Source: Bacilli bacterium (lineage in GTDB: Bacteria > Bacillota_I > Bacilli_A > ML615J-28 > CAG-698). Taken from it: DNA of 64,000 bases. Each line of letters begins with the position of its first letter. Position 1 is the first letter of the stretch. The stretch lies in the NCBI GenBank assembly GCA_050953065.1, contig JBMNLZ010000002.1, forward strand, positions 64,001 through 128,000, given 5' to 3'. Below are positions 32,001 through 40,834 of the stretch, piece by piece. A model generated the notes under the pieces. That model worked only from the letters and a program-made list of their open reading frames with translations, was not told the DNA's origin and did no database searches. Position numbers and translations under genes: made by a program.

Positions 32001-32052
32001 GTGTTTATATGTATATACATACGTATGTTTATATGTATGTATGTATAAATGT
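32001..32052. repeat. second 8-bp-register tetramer array (putative operator / second partition site) upstream of the RHH-parA operon
   Basis: Boxes GTGT 32001, ATGT 32009, ACAT 32017, ATGT 32025/33/41/49. Shares the palindrome TATGTATATACATA with 31332-31345. Confidence 0.85.
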
Positions 32053-32125
32053 ATATTTTTTAAAGTTTGGTTTTAATTTAAAAATTAAAAAAATAAATGT
32101 CTAGTTTTTTAAGTGGAGGTATAAA

Positions 32126-32494
32126 ATGAATTCAGACAATCCTGTTTTAAAGAAAAGGGAAAACCCTTTTGCAAGAACACTTTCAGACGACCCTAAAGAG
32201 GTCCCAACAAAACCTGTAGTAGAAGAACCTGTAGAGCCTGTGGTTGAAAAAGAGGTTCATGAAGAACCAAAAGAAGTAAAGAAAGAAGTTGTACATGCTG
32301 TTAAAAAGCCTGCCCCTGTGGCTCCAAAACAAAAAAAGGTTATTGTTACATCTGATGAGCGTGTTAAATATACAGCAACGATGGATAAAGCCTTAAGATT
32401 CAGGGTAAAAATAGCTGCATTTAAGCAAGGTGTTGATTTTTCAACTTATATTGAGCAAGCTTGTGCACAGAAGTTAGAGGAGGATGGTGAATAA
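32126..32494 (+). CDS. ribbon-helix-helix protein with disordered N-terminus (ParG/omega-like centromere-binding protein)
   Basis: GGAGGT RBS; P/E/K/V-rich linker; C-terminal RVKYTATMDKALRFRVKIAAFKQGVDFSTYIEQAC fits the beta-alpha-alpha pattern; TAATG overlap with parA. Confidence 0.75.
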   Translation: MNSDNPVLKKRENPFARTLSDDPKEVPTKPVVEEPVEPVVEKEVHEEPKEVKKEVVHAVKKPAPVAPKQKKVIVTSDERVKYTATMDKALRFRVKIAAFKQGVDFSTYIEQACAQKLEEDGE

Positions 32495-33288
32495 TGCCTG
32501 TAATTTCGACGTTTTGTAAAAAGGGTGGCGTTGGAAAATCAACGTTTATTGGTTACTTAGCTCATTATTATGCCCTACAAGGGAAAAACATCTTAGTTAT
32601 TAGTGTTGATGACCAAAACAGTATTTTTAAGATATTTGGGGCTGAAAATGCTATTTTAGAAGATGATAGGAATTATTTTGATTATCTTATTCAAGGATTT
32701 ATCGAGCTTGGAGATGTTTTAATCAATATTAGGCCTAATTTAGATTTTATTAAGACTTTAAATACTGACACTCTATCTATCAAGATTACTCAAGAAAGAC
32801 GATTAGAGAAAGAGATTAAAAGAATTATAGAGAGTTATAAGACTTTTTATGATTATATTTTTATAGACTTCCCTCCTGCTAGCAGTAGATTAAGCGAAGT
32901 TTTGATTGATTTAAGTGATTCTGTATTAATTGTTGTTGGTTTAGATAGCTTAGGTTTGGGTGGATTTGTTAATGCTATTCAGTATTTTGTAGATAATGAC
33001 TTAGATATCGAGTTAATTAACTACATTTTACCTAACGGCTTTAGTAAAACAAAAAGAGCACCTAAGGTTTCTTTAGAAGCTTTAAAGATTCAAGCTTCTA
33101 ATTATACCCCAAATGCTTTGGTTTTACCGCCTTTAAACGATAGATCTGTTATTAAGAACCTTCAAGCAGAAGGAATTAGTGTTTTTGATAGTGCAGAATT
33201 ATCTAGATATGATACTAAATCAAGAGAAATTGTAAAAAAAGAATTAGTTGATTTGTTTGAGATGTTAAAATTTGAAAAGACCCCTTAA
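32494..33288 (+). CDS. parA: ParA family Walker-type partition ATPase (no N-terminal HTH)
   Basis: Deviant Walker A KKGGVGKST, A' box VDDQNS, Walker B YIFIDFPP; 264 aa. Confidence 0.92.
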   Translation: MPVISTFCKKGGVGKSTFIGYLAHYYALQGKNILVISVDDQNSIFKIFGAENAILEDDRNYFDYLIQGFIELGDVLINIRPNLDFIKTLNTDTLSIKITQERRLEKEIKRIIESYKTFYDYIFIDFPPASSRLSEVLIDLSDSVLIVVGLDSLGLGGFVNAIQYFVDNDLDIELINYILPNGFSKTKRAPKVSLEALKIQASNYTPNALVLPPLNDRSVIKNLQAEGISVFDSAELSRYDTKSREIVKKELVDLFEMLKFEKTP

Positions 33289-33305
33289 AAAAGAGGTCTT
33301 TTTTT
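33275..33305. terminator. bidirectional terminator between parA and dnaN
   Basis: AAAAGACCCCTT...AAGAGGTCTTTT hairpin with flanking A/T runs. Confidence 0.75.
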
Positions 33306-34429
33306 TATACAACTCTAATCGGAACTATCAGTTGTACCAAATTATCATCCTTTTCACCTGTTAAAACAAATGGTTTTAACTCTCCTGTGAAGTGAATTGT
33401 TATTTCTGTTGAGTCAAAAGCTTTTAAAGCTTCAATTAAATACTTTGCACTGCAAGCAATTTGGAAAGAAATCGCTGGATCTACGTCAATTGGTGCTATT
33501 TCTTCAACTACATTACCAATTTCATTGTTAATTGAGTTTAGTTTAACAACCTTGTTTGGATCAGTCACAATCTTTACAATTGTATTTTCTTCAAGATTTG
33601 TAAAAATGGTAGTTCTTTCAATAGCGTTAATTAATTCTGTTTTATTAAATTTAATATGAGTTAAGTAGTTTTCTGGAATTAAATTACTTGTATTTGGATA
33701 AACACCTTCAATTAACCTTGTTTGGAATAAAATGTTTTTGTATTTTATTAAAGCTTTTGTTAAGAAAAGATGTATTTCTATCGTACATTCAAAATCTTCT
33801 ACAATTCTATTTATCTCTTCTAGGCTTTTACGAGGGATAATAACACTTGTTTTAGGATTTGTTTTATCTAAAACAATCTTTTTCTTCGCAAGACGGAAGC
33901 TATCAGTAGCTACACTTTGAATTTCGTTGTTTTCAACCGTTAGATGAACCCCCATTAAAACTGTTTTTGATTCAGAAAGTGATGTTGCGAAAGATGTATT
34001 TCTTATAATACGCTTTAATTCATCACTTTTTAAGTTAACAACAACATTGCTTTCATCAAAAGCAAGCATTGGGAAGTTTGTTTTATCTAAGATATTCATT
34101 GAAATGTTACTTTTGTAAGCATATATCTTTAAAATTGTTTCTTCAAAGATTGCGAAGGTAATATCTTTTGAATCTATTTTTCTAACTGCATCAAGTAAAT
34201 ATTTGCCAGGTACTAAAACACTTCCTGTTTCTTCAATTTGTAGGTTTTCTCCTTGAGTTATATTTACTTTAATCGAAATATCTGAATTTGTTGCTGTTAG
34301 GTAAAGTATTTCTTTTTCAACTTCAATCATTATTCCAGACATCGCTGGCATTTGAACTTTAGCTGATAAAGCTTTTGAGACGTGATTTAAACTAAAAAGT
34401 AATTCATCACGGTTAATTGTGAATTTCAT
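33305..34429 (-). CDS. dnaN: DNA polymerase III beta clamp
   Basis: MKFTINR, LTATNSDISI, VATDSFRLA, RLIEGVYP, QLIVPIR. Confidence 0.97.
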   Translation of the reverse strand: MKFTINRDELLFSLNHVSKALSAKVQMPAMSGIMIEVEKEILYLTATNSDISIKVNITQGENLQIEETGSVLVPGKYLLDAVRKIDSKDITFAIFEETILKIYAYKSNISMNILDKTNFPMLAFDESNVVVNLKSDELKRIIRNTSFATSLSESKTVLMGVHLTVENNEIQSVATDSFRLAKKKIVLDKTNPKTSVIIPRKSLEEINRIVEDFECTIEIHLFLTKALIKYKNILFQTRLIEGVYPNTSNLIPENYLTHIKFNKTELINAIERTTIFTNLEENTIVKIVTDPNKVVKLNSINNEIGNVVEEIAPIDVDPAISFQIACSAKYLIEALKAFDSTEITIHFTGELKPFVLTGEKDDNLVQLIVPIRVV

Positions 34430-34512
34430 AAAATTTCTCCTTATATATATATTTAATTATAAAAACTATATTATGTTTATTAAGTAGTGTGGAAAAGTGG
34501 AAAACTATTATT
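34430..34512. other. oriC part 2 (dnaA-dnaN intergenic): DnaA boxes plus AT-rich unwinding element
   Basis: TTTTCCACA (34488-96) and TTTTCCACT (34496-504) on the minus strand, next to a nearly pure A/T stretch at 34441-34483. Confidence 0.75.
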
Positions 34513-35883
34513 TTAATCAATTAATTTAGTTAAATTGTCAATATCTTGTTTAGTTAAAGGGTTAGAAGTAAGTAAATCTTTAATTTTTTGGAAACTATGA
34601 GCAATTGTTGCATGGTCTCTGTTTCCTAAAGCTTTACCAATAGAAGTTAAAGGCGTATCGTGTTTAGTTTTAACCAAATAAACAAAAACATGACGAGCAT
34701 AAGCTATTTTGTTTTTTCTTGAGCTAGAAGAAAGGTCGCTTGTTGAAATACCAAAGTATTTTGCAACAATTCCTTTAATTTTTTCAATTTCAGCATCATC
34801 TGATGCTTCGCTCTTATTATCATCTGGTAAAATCCCATCTAAAGCAACTTTTACATTTTCTTTATTAAATGGAAGATCAAAAGAAACACAATAACTTATA
34901 AACCTTTTTAAAGCTCCTTCTAATTCCCTGATATTAACTGTAAAGATAGATGAAATTTCATTTAAAGCATCTTCTTCAACAAGTTCTGGATTAGAAACAA
35001 AAGATTTTAGTTTCTTTTTTAAGATTCCTAGTCTTAAAGCATCATCTGGAGCACCGATTTCAACAGCCAACCCCCAAGAGAACCTTGTAACAAGTCTTGA
35101 CATCATGTTCTTAAGGCTTTTGGCTGGTCTATCAGATGTTAAAACGATTTGCTTGTTGTGTGAATGTAGATAATCAAAGACTTTAAAGAATTCTTCTTGA
35201 GTAGAAGCTTTACCATCTAAAAACTGAATATCATCAACCAGCAGCACATCCGCTGATCTATAATAATTATAGAAAGTTTCAATTTCAGCTTTACCTTTTG
35301 GAATATTTGTATAATAAAAATAATCTTCGGTAAATTGTTGAGCTGTTGTATAGACAACATTCTTATTAATATCATTATCTAAAACAAAATGGCCAATAGC
35401 AGTCATTAAGTGAGTTTTCCCCAAACCGACTTCCCCAAAGATATAAAGAGGGTTTAAAACTGCATAAGGTGATTCAGCAATCTGCAAAGCTTGTGATGCT
35501 GCGAACCTATTGCTAGTTCCAATAACGAAGTTATTGAAAGTATATTCAGGTTTTAGTGGTCTTAAACTAATTTCACGCATTCTTTTTGTTTCTTGCGGAT
35601 CATCTTTAAAAACACCTTTAGATTGGTCAATTTCTTCTTCTAAAATGAACTTAAACATCATTTTAGTATCTGTTAGAGTGTTTAAGATTTCGTTCATTCT
35701 ATTTAAATAGAATTGTTCTAATCTAAATTTAATTAAAGCATTTTTAACAACAACAAAAATAAAACCTCTTTCAGTTTTATGTACTTTAGATAAATCAGCA
35801 AAAAGTTCAGAATAAGCATCATCTTTAACTTCAGTTTTTAGATTGTCTAGCACAGTTTGTAAAAGATTGGTACTTTCATCCAT
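34513..35883 (-). CDS. dnaA: chromosomal replication initiator DnaA
   Basis: Start moved to MDESTN (AGGAGA RBS); NPLYIFGEVGLGKTHL, LLVDDIQF, NIRELEGAL, GNRDHATIAH. Confidence 0.97.
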   Translation of the reverse strand: MDESTNLLQTVLDNLKTEVKDDAYSELFADLSKVHKTERGFIFVVVKNALIKFRLEQFYLNRMNEILNTLTDTKMMFKFILEEEIDQSKGVFKDDPQETKRMREISLRPLKPEYTFNNFVIGTSNRFAASQALQIAESPYAVLNPLYIFGEVGLGKTHLMTAIGHFVLDNDINKNVVYTTAQQFTEDYFYYTNIPKGKAEIETFYNYYRSADVLLVDDIQFLDGKASTQEEFFKVFDYLHSHNKQIVLTSDRPAKSLKNMMSRLVTRFSWGLAVEIGAPDDALRLGILKKKLKSFVSNPELVEEDALNEISSIFTVNIRELEGALKRFISYCVSFDLPFNKENVKVALDGILPDDNKSEASDDAEIEKIKGIVAKYFGISTSDLSSSSRKNKIAYARHVFVYLVKTKHDTPLTSIGKALGNRDHATIAHSFQKIKDLLTSNPLTKQDIDNLTKLID

Positions 35884-36157
35884 ATCTATCTCTCCTAAAT
35901 AGTAAAAATCAACGTAAATAGATAATACCACAAATCTTGAAAATAATAAAGGTTAAAATGAATTTTTTTTTAACATTTCCACATGTTGAAAAACAAATGA
36001 TAAAGTAGGGATAACAAAACAAGTTTTTAAATAAATATCAACACGTGGAAAAGTTGAAAGATATAAATATAACTTATAAAACAAAAAATTAGTTGCAAAA
36101 AGCTAAAAGGTGTTGTAAAATGGTAAAGCAAGAATATTTTAGGAGGAATACTAAAAA
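35884..36157. other. oriC part 1 (upstream of dnaA): degenerate DnaA boxes
   Basis: ATTTCCACA|TGTTGAAAA (35975-92) and ATATCAACA|CGTGGAAAA (36035-52). Gene strand bias changes from almost all minus to mixed here. Confidence 0.7.
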
Positions 36158-37264
36158 ATGAACCAATCAAAAGATGTGGCTAAAGAATCTATCTTTAAAA
36201 AGATTTTTGGCGGTGTAGGAAGTTTAAATAGTACTTTAATTTTATTTATTTGTTTACTTTATGCAATAGCGTTGCTTGCGATATATACAATTATTAAACC
36301 TGTCTATCATTATATTGCAATACCACCTTATGAACACGTGATTTATCATGAAGATGTTAATCCTTATATTCACGTAACAGCAAACAGAACTTATAATGAT
36401 GATAAAAAAGATTTTGATTTAAGTTATGATGTTATTGCGGTAATTACATCTTCTGCATCAGGAGAAGCTTATCGAAGAGAAAACCTAAAGTTTTCAATGA
36501 GTTCTTTAACTACTTCAAACAAAATGTATTACTTCACAGATATGTCAGGTTATAACACACCAATCTCACATAGCTTTAGTATGGATAACAGAGATAAAGA
36601 ACAAGTACCAAGTGCTTTGTTTATTAATCTTAGATATATGAAAAGAGTTTATGATGAAGAAAACAATATGACCAGAGAATGGGCTTCAACATCTTTAAGA
36701 GAAGAAGTAATGAATGATTTAATAGAAGATGAAGAAAATGTTTATAGTGCAAGTAGCTTATCAGTTGAAGAGTTCTTTACAGTTATTTTAACTGTTAATA
36801 AAGATGCTGATTCTGAAAAAGATAGATATACCACAAGAATCAATATTACAATCCCTGATAAAACAAAAAGATATCATGTAGATATGCAATCTTGGTTGGT
36901 AGATGAAAGTGGAGAAAATGTCTATCCTTATATTGGTGTTTATGGTTATAGTAGTAATACAACTAACTATTCATCAATTGGTTCTCAACCAATCGATGCC
37001 AGATTAAATGCAAAAACACTTTATCTTAAAGCAACATATTATGATGAATTAGATAACGTTAAAACTTTATTATATAAAAATGAATTAGAAAATTTAGTTT
37101 CAGGTCAAATCATTTCTGGGGAAGATAATTTACCACCAACAGTTGGTGCTAAAGAAGTTTCACCTTGGGTCTATGTAGGAGTTGCGTTAGGAACACTAAT
37201 TGCGGCTTCAGGAGTTACAGGGGTTATCTTATATATGAAAAAGAAAAAACAAACAGCGATTTAA
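36158..37264 (+). CDS. hypothetical membrane-anchored surface protein (N- and C-terminal TM)
   Basis: AGGAGG RBS; two TM segments flank a ~280 aa beta-rich domain homologous to the C-terminus of 37277..39214. Confidence 0.8.
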   Translation: MNQSKDVAKESIFKKIFGGVGSLNSTLILFICLLYAIALLAIYTIIKPVYHYIAIPPYEHVIYHEDVNPYIHVTANRTYNDDKKDFDLSYDVIAVITSSASGEAYRRENLKFSMSSLTTSNKMYYFTDMSGYNTPISHSFSMDNRDKEQVPSALFINLRYMKRVYDEENNMTREWASTSLREEVMNDLIEDEENVYSASSLSVEEFFTVILTVNKDADSEKDRYTTRINITIPDKTKRYHVDMQSWLVDESGENVYPYIGVYGYSSNTTNYSSIGSQPIDARLNAKTLYLKATYYDELDNVKTLLYKNELENLVSGQIISGEDNLPPTVGAKEVSPWVYVGVALGTLIAASGVTGVILYMKKKKQTAI

Positions 37265-37278
37265 AAATCGCTGTTTTT
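37251..37278. terminator. bidirectional terminator shared by convergent paralogs
   Basis: AAACAGCGATTT-AA-AAATCGCTGTTT. Confidence 0.8.
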
Positions 37279-39214
37279 AATTTGTAATTGGCTTTTTATA
37301 ATTTAAAGTGTTAACAGTAGAATCAACTATGTATGAGCAGGTAACATATAAAAAGGTAGGTTCAAAATAACTATAAATAGGAGTATATGCTTGGAAGTCA
37401 AGATTTCTTGTATTATCGGAATAATTATAAACTCCTACAACCGGTAAAAGCCCAAAATCTTTTGTATCTACCCAAACTTGTAAGTCAAGAGCATAACTAG
37501 CTAATTTATTAACAATGTTTACAGATAAAACACCAATATCATAACTTAGAATATATTCTTGATTAGCGGTTTCTCTTTCTATAATATCAATACTTATAGA
37601 AAAGTAATTAGTTAAAAAGTCATCATTACCAAAAATAGATGTATCTGTTGGAGTTGACATAAGAGTTTTTTTATAAGTTAGAGATTTATTTAAAGAGGCT
37701 TCATCTAAATAGTTAATATCTACAAAAACTTCTTTTGGTAAAAAAGATTTATTGTGAGTTGAAGTTAAAGAGAAGTTACTAATTAAACTTAAAGAGTTAT
37801 TAAAATAAGCAATTCTATCAGTTAAAGAAGAAACAGCTAAAGAACTTGATCCAGTATAAGGTGTAGCAGAATTTCTACTCTTATTAATTAAAGCAAAACG
37901 GCTAGTTGATTTTAGACTTCCAGAAGAACTTGTTTCGTTGGTTGTGATAACTCTTAAATGGCTATCTAAAAAATCATTAACTGTAAAGTGTGAATAATTT
38001 TCTGGCAAATGATAAACGACGTTTTCATAATCAGCGTTTTCCATTGTATTAATTAAAAGTTTTAAAACGTTGTTTTTTGTTTTAGCACTTTGAGTAATTT
38101 CGCCTTTTTCTACTTTAAAGATTAAAGGTAATTCATTAAGTGGAATTTTTAAATCATCAAAGTTTGTTCTCCAAGCTGTATTATCGCTTGAAAAGCTATC
38201 CGATAAACAAATAACATTCCTAGTGTTATTAATATTGAAAGCATAAAGTTTAAGATAGTCACTTATATTTAAATAATCGTTTCTTAAGTTAAGATAATCA
38301 ATAATTGTATTTTCAATTAAAGAGTTATCTTTTCCAGAGTCATAAACAAAAACATAGTATTTATTTGGTTTTTCATAGAGTTGTTGTTGATATAATTGTT
38401 CAACTTGTGAGAATGAAGAATAATCAATTCTTTCTATAATATTGATTTCAACAAAAGCAACACTTTCAAATCCTTCAATTGAAGCTTGTATAACTGCTTT
38501 ACCTAAAGAAAGGGCAGTTACCTCACCACGACTTGTAATAGTTGCTTTATCTGGGGTTAGACTTTCCCAATAAATTGTTGCATCATAATAAGGGTTAGGA
38601 CTAGCATTTAAAGAAATTGTTTGATTAACAAAAATATCGTAGGCTCCATCTATTATTAAAGTAGGAGTTGTTGGAATAACTGTTAAATCAATGGCATCGT
38701 AGTAACTTGGATTATCTGTGTAGTAGACTTTAATAGTTGTAATGCCAGCTGACAAGCAACTTAAAAAGCCGTTATTAGTAATAGTAGCAACGCTTGTATT
38801 ACTACTTTCCCAAGCAAGTAAGTTAGAACTAAAATTAGTTCTAGTTGTAAGGTAGGTTTGCATGCCTGGTTCAAAAGTTATAAAAGGGGAGTTAATAAAT
38901 AAGTTAACAATGGTAATGTTTCTTGTTGCTTTAACATCTTTGTTATTATTATAATAAAGTGTAATTACAACATTTCCTGTTGAAACTCCTTTAACAACCC
39001 CTTCTTGTGTTACAACAGCAATACTTGTATCAGAAGAAGTCCAAGTAAGGTTTGTTTTTAAGTTTTTAATGCCTTGAAGAGAGTAGGATATTTTATGCGT
39101 TTCACCAATTTTTAAAGCATTTACACTATCTGGTGTAAAAAAGATATCGGGTTCAGCTCTTCCGCAGCCACTCAAAGCTATCAATATAAATAAAAGGAAT
39201 AAAAGCTTTTTCAT
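37277..39214 (-). CDS. lipoprotein with three Ig-like (Big_2) repeats, a thioredoxin-like segment and an unknown C-terminal domain
   Basis: LSG-C lipobox; WTSSDTSIAVV..EG.V.GVSTG-type repeat three times. Confidence 0.8.
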   Translation of the reverse strand: MKKLLFLLFILIALSGCGRAEPDIFFTPDSVNALKIGETHKISYSLQGIKNLKTNLTWTSSDTSIAVVTQEGVVKGVSTGNVVITLYYNNNKDVKATRNITIVNLFINSPFITFEPGMQTYLTTRTNFSSNLLAWESSNTSVATITNNGFLSCLSAGITTIKVYYTDNPSYYDAIDLTVIPTTPTLIIDGAYDIFVNQTISLNASPNPYYDATIYWESLTPDKATITSRGEVTALSLGKAVIQASIEGFESVAFVEINIIERIDYSSFSQVEQLYQQQLYEKPNKYYVFVYDSGKDNSLIENTIIDYLNLRNDYLNISDYLKLYAFNINNTRNVICLSDSFSSDNTAWRTNFDDLKIPLNELPLIFKVEKGEITQSAKTKNNVLKLLINTMENADYENVVYHLPENYSHFTVNDFLDSHLRVITTNETSSSGSLKSTSRFALINKSRNSATPYTGSSSLAVSSLTDRIAYFNNSLSLISNFSLTSTHNKSFLPKEVFVDINYLDEASLNKSLTYKKTLMSTPTDTSIFGNDDFLTNYFSISIDIIERETANQEYILSYDIGVLSVNIVNKLASYALDLQVWVDTKDFGLLPVVGVYNYSDNTRNLDFQAYTPIYSYFEPTFLYVTCSYIVDSTVNTLNYKKPITN

Positions 39215-39286
39215 ATGTGTCTCCTTTTTTTTAATATTATAATCTTTTTATTTTAAAAAAGCAATAAAACAAAAAAAGAACCGAAA

Positions 39287-39907
39287 CTATTTTTTCGGTT
39301 CAATAATTAAATGTCTATCTGGTTCTTCACCTTCTGAGTGAGTTGTAACATCAGTCCAGCTAGCTAGTTTGCTGTGGATAATTTTTCTTTCATAAGAGTT
39401 GAAATTATCAAGTTTAATTGGTTTTTTAGTTTTAGAAACTTGTTTACCATATTCAACAGCCATTGCTTCAAGTTGTCTTTCTCTCCTTTTCTTATAACCA
39501 CTTATATCAATTAAAACAGTCTTTTGATCTTCTTCTGAATAATATTTATTAATAACGATTGGTAGGATTGTTTGAAGTGCGACTAAACCACGAGCATTCT
39601 TACCAATTAAATAACCATTAAAATCTCCTGCTTCAATATTAAACTCAACTTGGTTATCTCTTATTTTCTTTTCAACAAAAGCATCTATATCGTTGTGTTT
39701 AAAGATTGTTTGAAGATATTCTTTGCCTTTTTCAATTCCATCAACTGTACAAGTTACTTCAACTTCAATCTTTCCACCCATACCTAAAAATCCTTTTTTT
39801 TCTGATAATACTTCAAATTCAAGTTCAGAAGCAGGAATCCCTAATTCGTTAACTGCTAATTCTTTTGCTTCTTCAATTGATTTTACTTCAAATATTTTTT
39901 TAATCAT
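39287..39907 (-). CDS. jag: RNA-binding protein Jag/KhpB/EloR
   Basis: Jag_N (KKGFLGMG), KH (LIGKNA), R3H (ERKIIH...SEGEEPDRHLII). Confidence 0.93.
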   Translation of the reverse strand: MIKKIFEVKSIEEAKELAVNELGIPASELEFEVLSEKKGFLGMGGKIEVEVTCTVDGIEKGKEYLQTIFKHNDIDAFVEKKIRDNQVEFNIEAGDFNGYLIGKNARGLVALQTILPIVINKYYSEEDQKTVLIDISGYKKRRERQLEAMAVEYGKQVSKTKKPIKLDNFNSYERKIIHSKLASWTDVTTHSEGEEPDRHLIIEPKK

Positions 39908-39919
39908 TTTTTTATTCTC

Positions 39920-40834
39920 CTAATATTTAGCTTTTAATTTTTCTAATCTAACTGCGCTTCTTTTATGAGCGATATAACTTTGCATAGCAGAGTATGTATT
40001 ACCAACTAACCAATAAAAACCTAAGGCAGCTGGAGAAGTCAATACAAAGACAGCCATCATAATTGTCATACCATAAATCATATACTTCATCATTTTTTCT
40101 GATTGGATTTGTTGTTCTGTTTTTTCAGGTCTTCTGTATTCTGGAACATCAGATTGCATATCTTCACGCATTTTGCTTTGACGTTTAGTTATTAATACTT
40201 GACTTAATATTTGAGTTGCAGCAACTAATACAGCAAGGATTACTACTGCCCACATTTGCCAGTTCCCCCAAGCTGCTTTACCTGCACCAAGAAAAAGGTC
40301 TACACCTAAGATATTGTGGTTTAGAAAACCAAAATCTAATCGTAATCCTTCAATATTACAAGTTGCAGGAATTCTTCTTACAACCGAGAAGAAAGCAAGG
40401 AAGATTGGCATTTGAATAAATGGCATCAAACATCCACCAATTCCAAGTCCGTATTTCTTATATAATTGCATCATTTCCATTTGCATTCTTTGTTTACTTT
40501 CAGGATCATCTTTTCCTTGATATTTAGCTTGAATTTTTGCTTGTTCAGGTCCAATTAATTGCATTTTTAAACTCATATCATTTGTTTTACTATAAATTGG
40601 CCATGCTAGAGTTCTTACTATAATAGTAGCAAATAAAATAACTAGGGCATAGTTTCCAAAAGCAATAGATTTTCCTAATATATAGAAAAGCCCTGCCATT
40701 GGCCAAACAAATAAATCCATAAAGCCTGAAAAGCCTTGAATAGGTCCATCAGCTCTAGAGGATCCACAACCGGTTAATAAAAATAATAATGTTACAAAAA
40801 CAATTGGCAAAATAAATTTTCTAAAGTTTTTCAT
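39920..40834 (-). CDS. yidC: membrane protein insertase YidC
   Basis: LTG-C lipobox, TIIVR, GGCLMPFIQMPI, ALGFYWLVGN. Confidence 0.95.
   Translation of the reverse strand: MKNFRKFILPIVFVTLLFLLTGCGSSRADGPIQGFSGFMDLFVWPMAGLFYILGKSIAFGNYALVILFATIIVRTLAWPIYSKTNDMSLKMQLIGPEQAKIQAKYQGKDDPESKQRMQMEMMQLYKKYGLGIGGCLMPFIQMPIFLAFFSVVRRIPATCNIEGLRLDFGFLNHNILGVDLFLGAGKAAWGNWQMWAVVILAVLVAATQILSQVLITKRQSKMREDMQSDVPEYRRPEKTEQQIQSEKMMKYMIYGMTIMMAVFVLTSPAALGFYWLVGNTYSAMQSYIAHKRSAVRLEKLKAKY

Noticed and set aside
31871-32104. 77 aa ORF upstream of the RHH gene
   Set aside because: It runs through the second box array, has no convincing RBS and has atypical composition.
36035-36052. CACGTG core as a canonical parS site
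   Set aside because: The flanks (ATCAA/GAAAA) do not match TGTTNCACGTGAAACA. It is better explained as two abutting DnaA boxes. CACGTG at ~36335 and ~44532 also fail.
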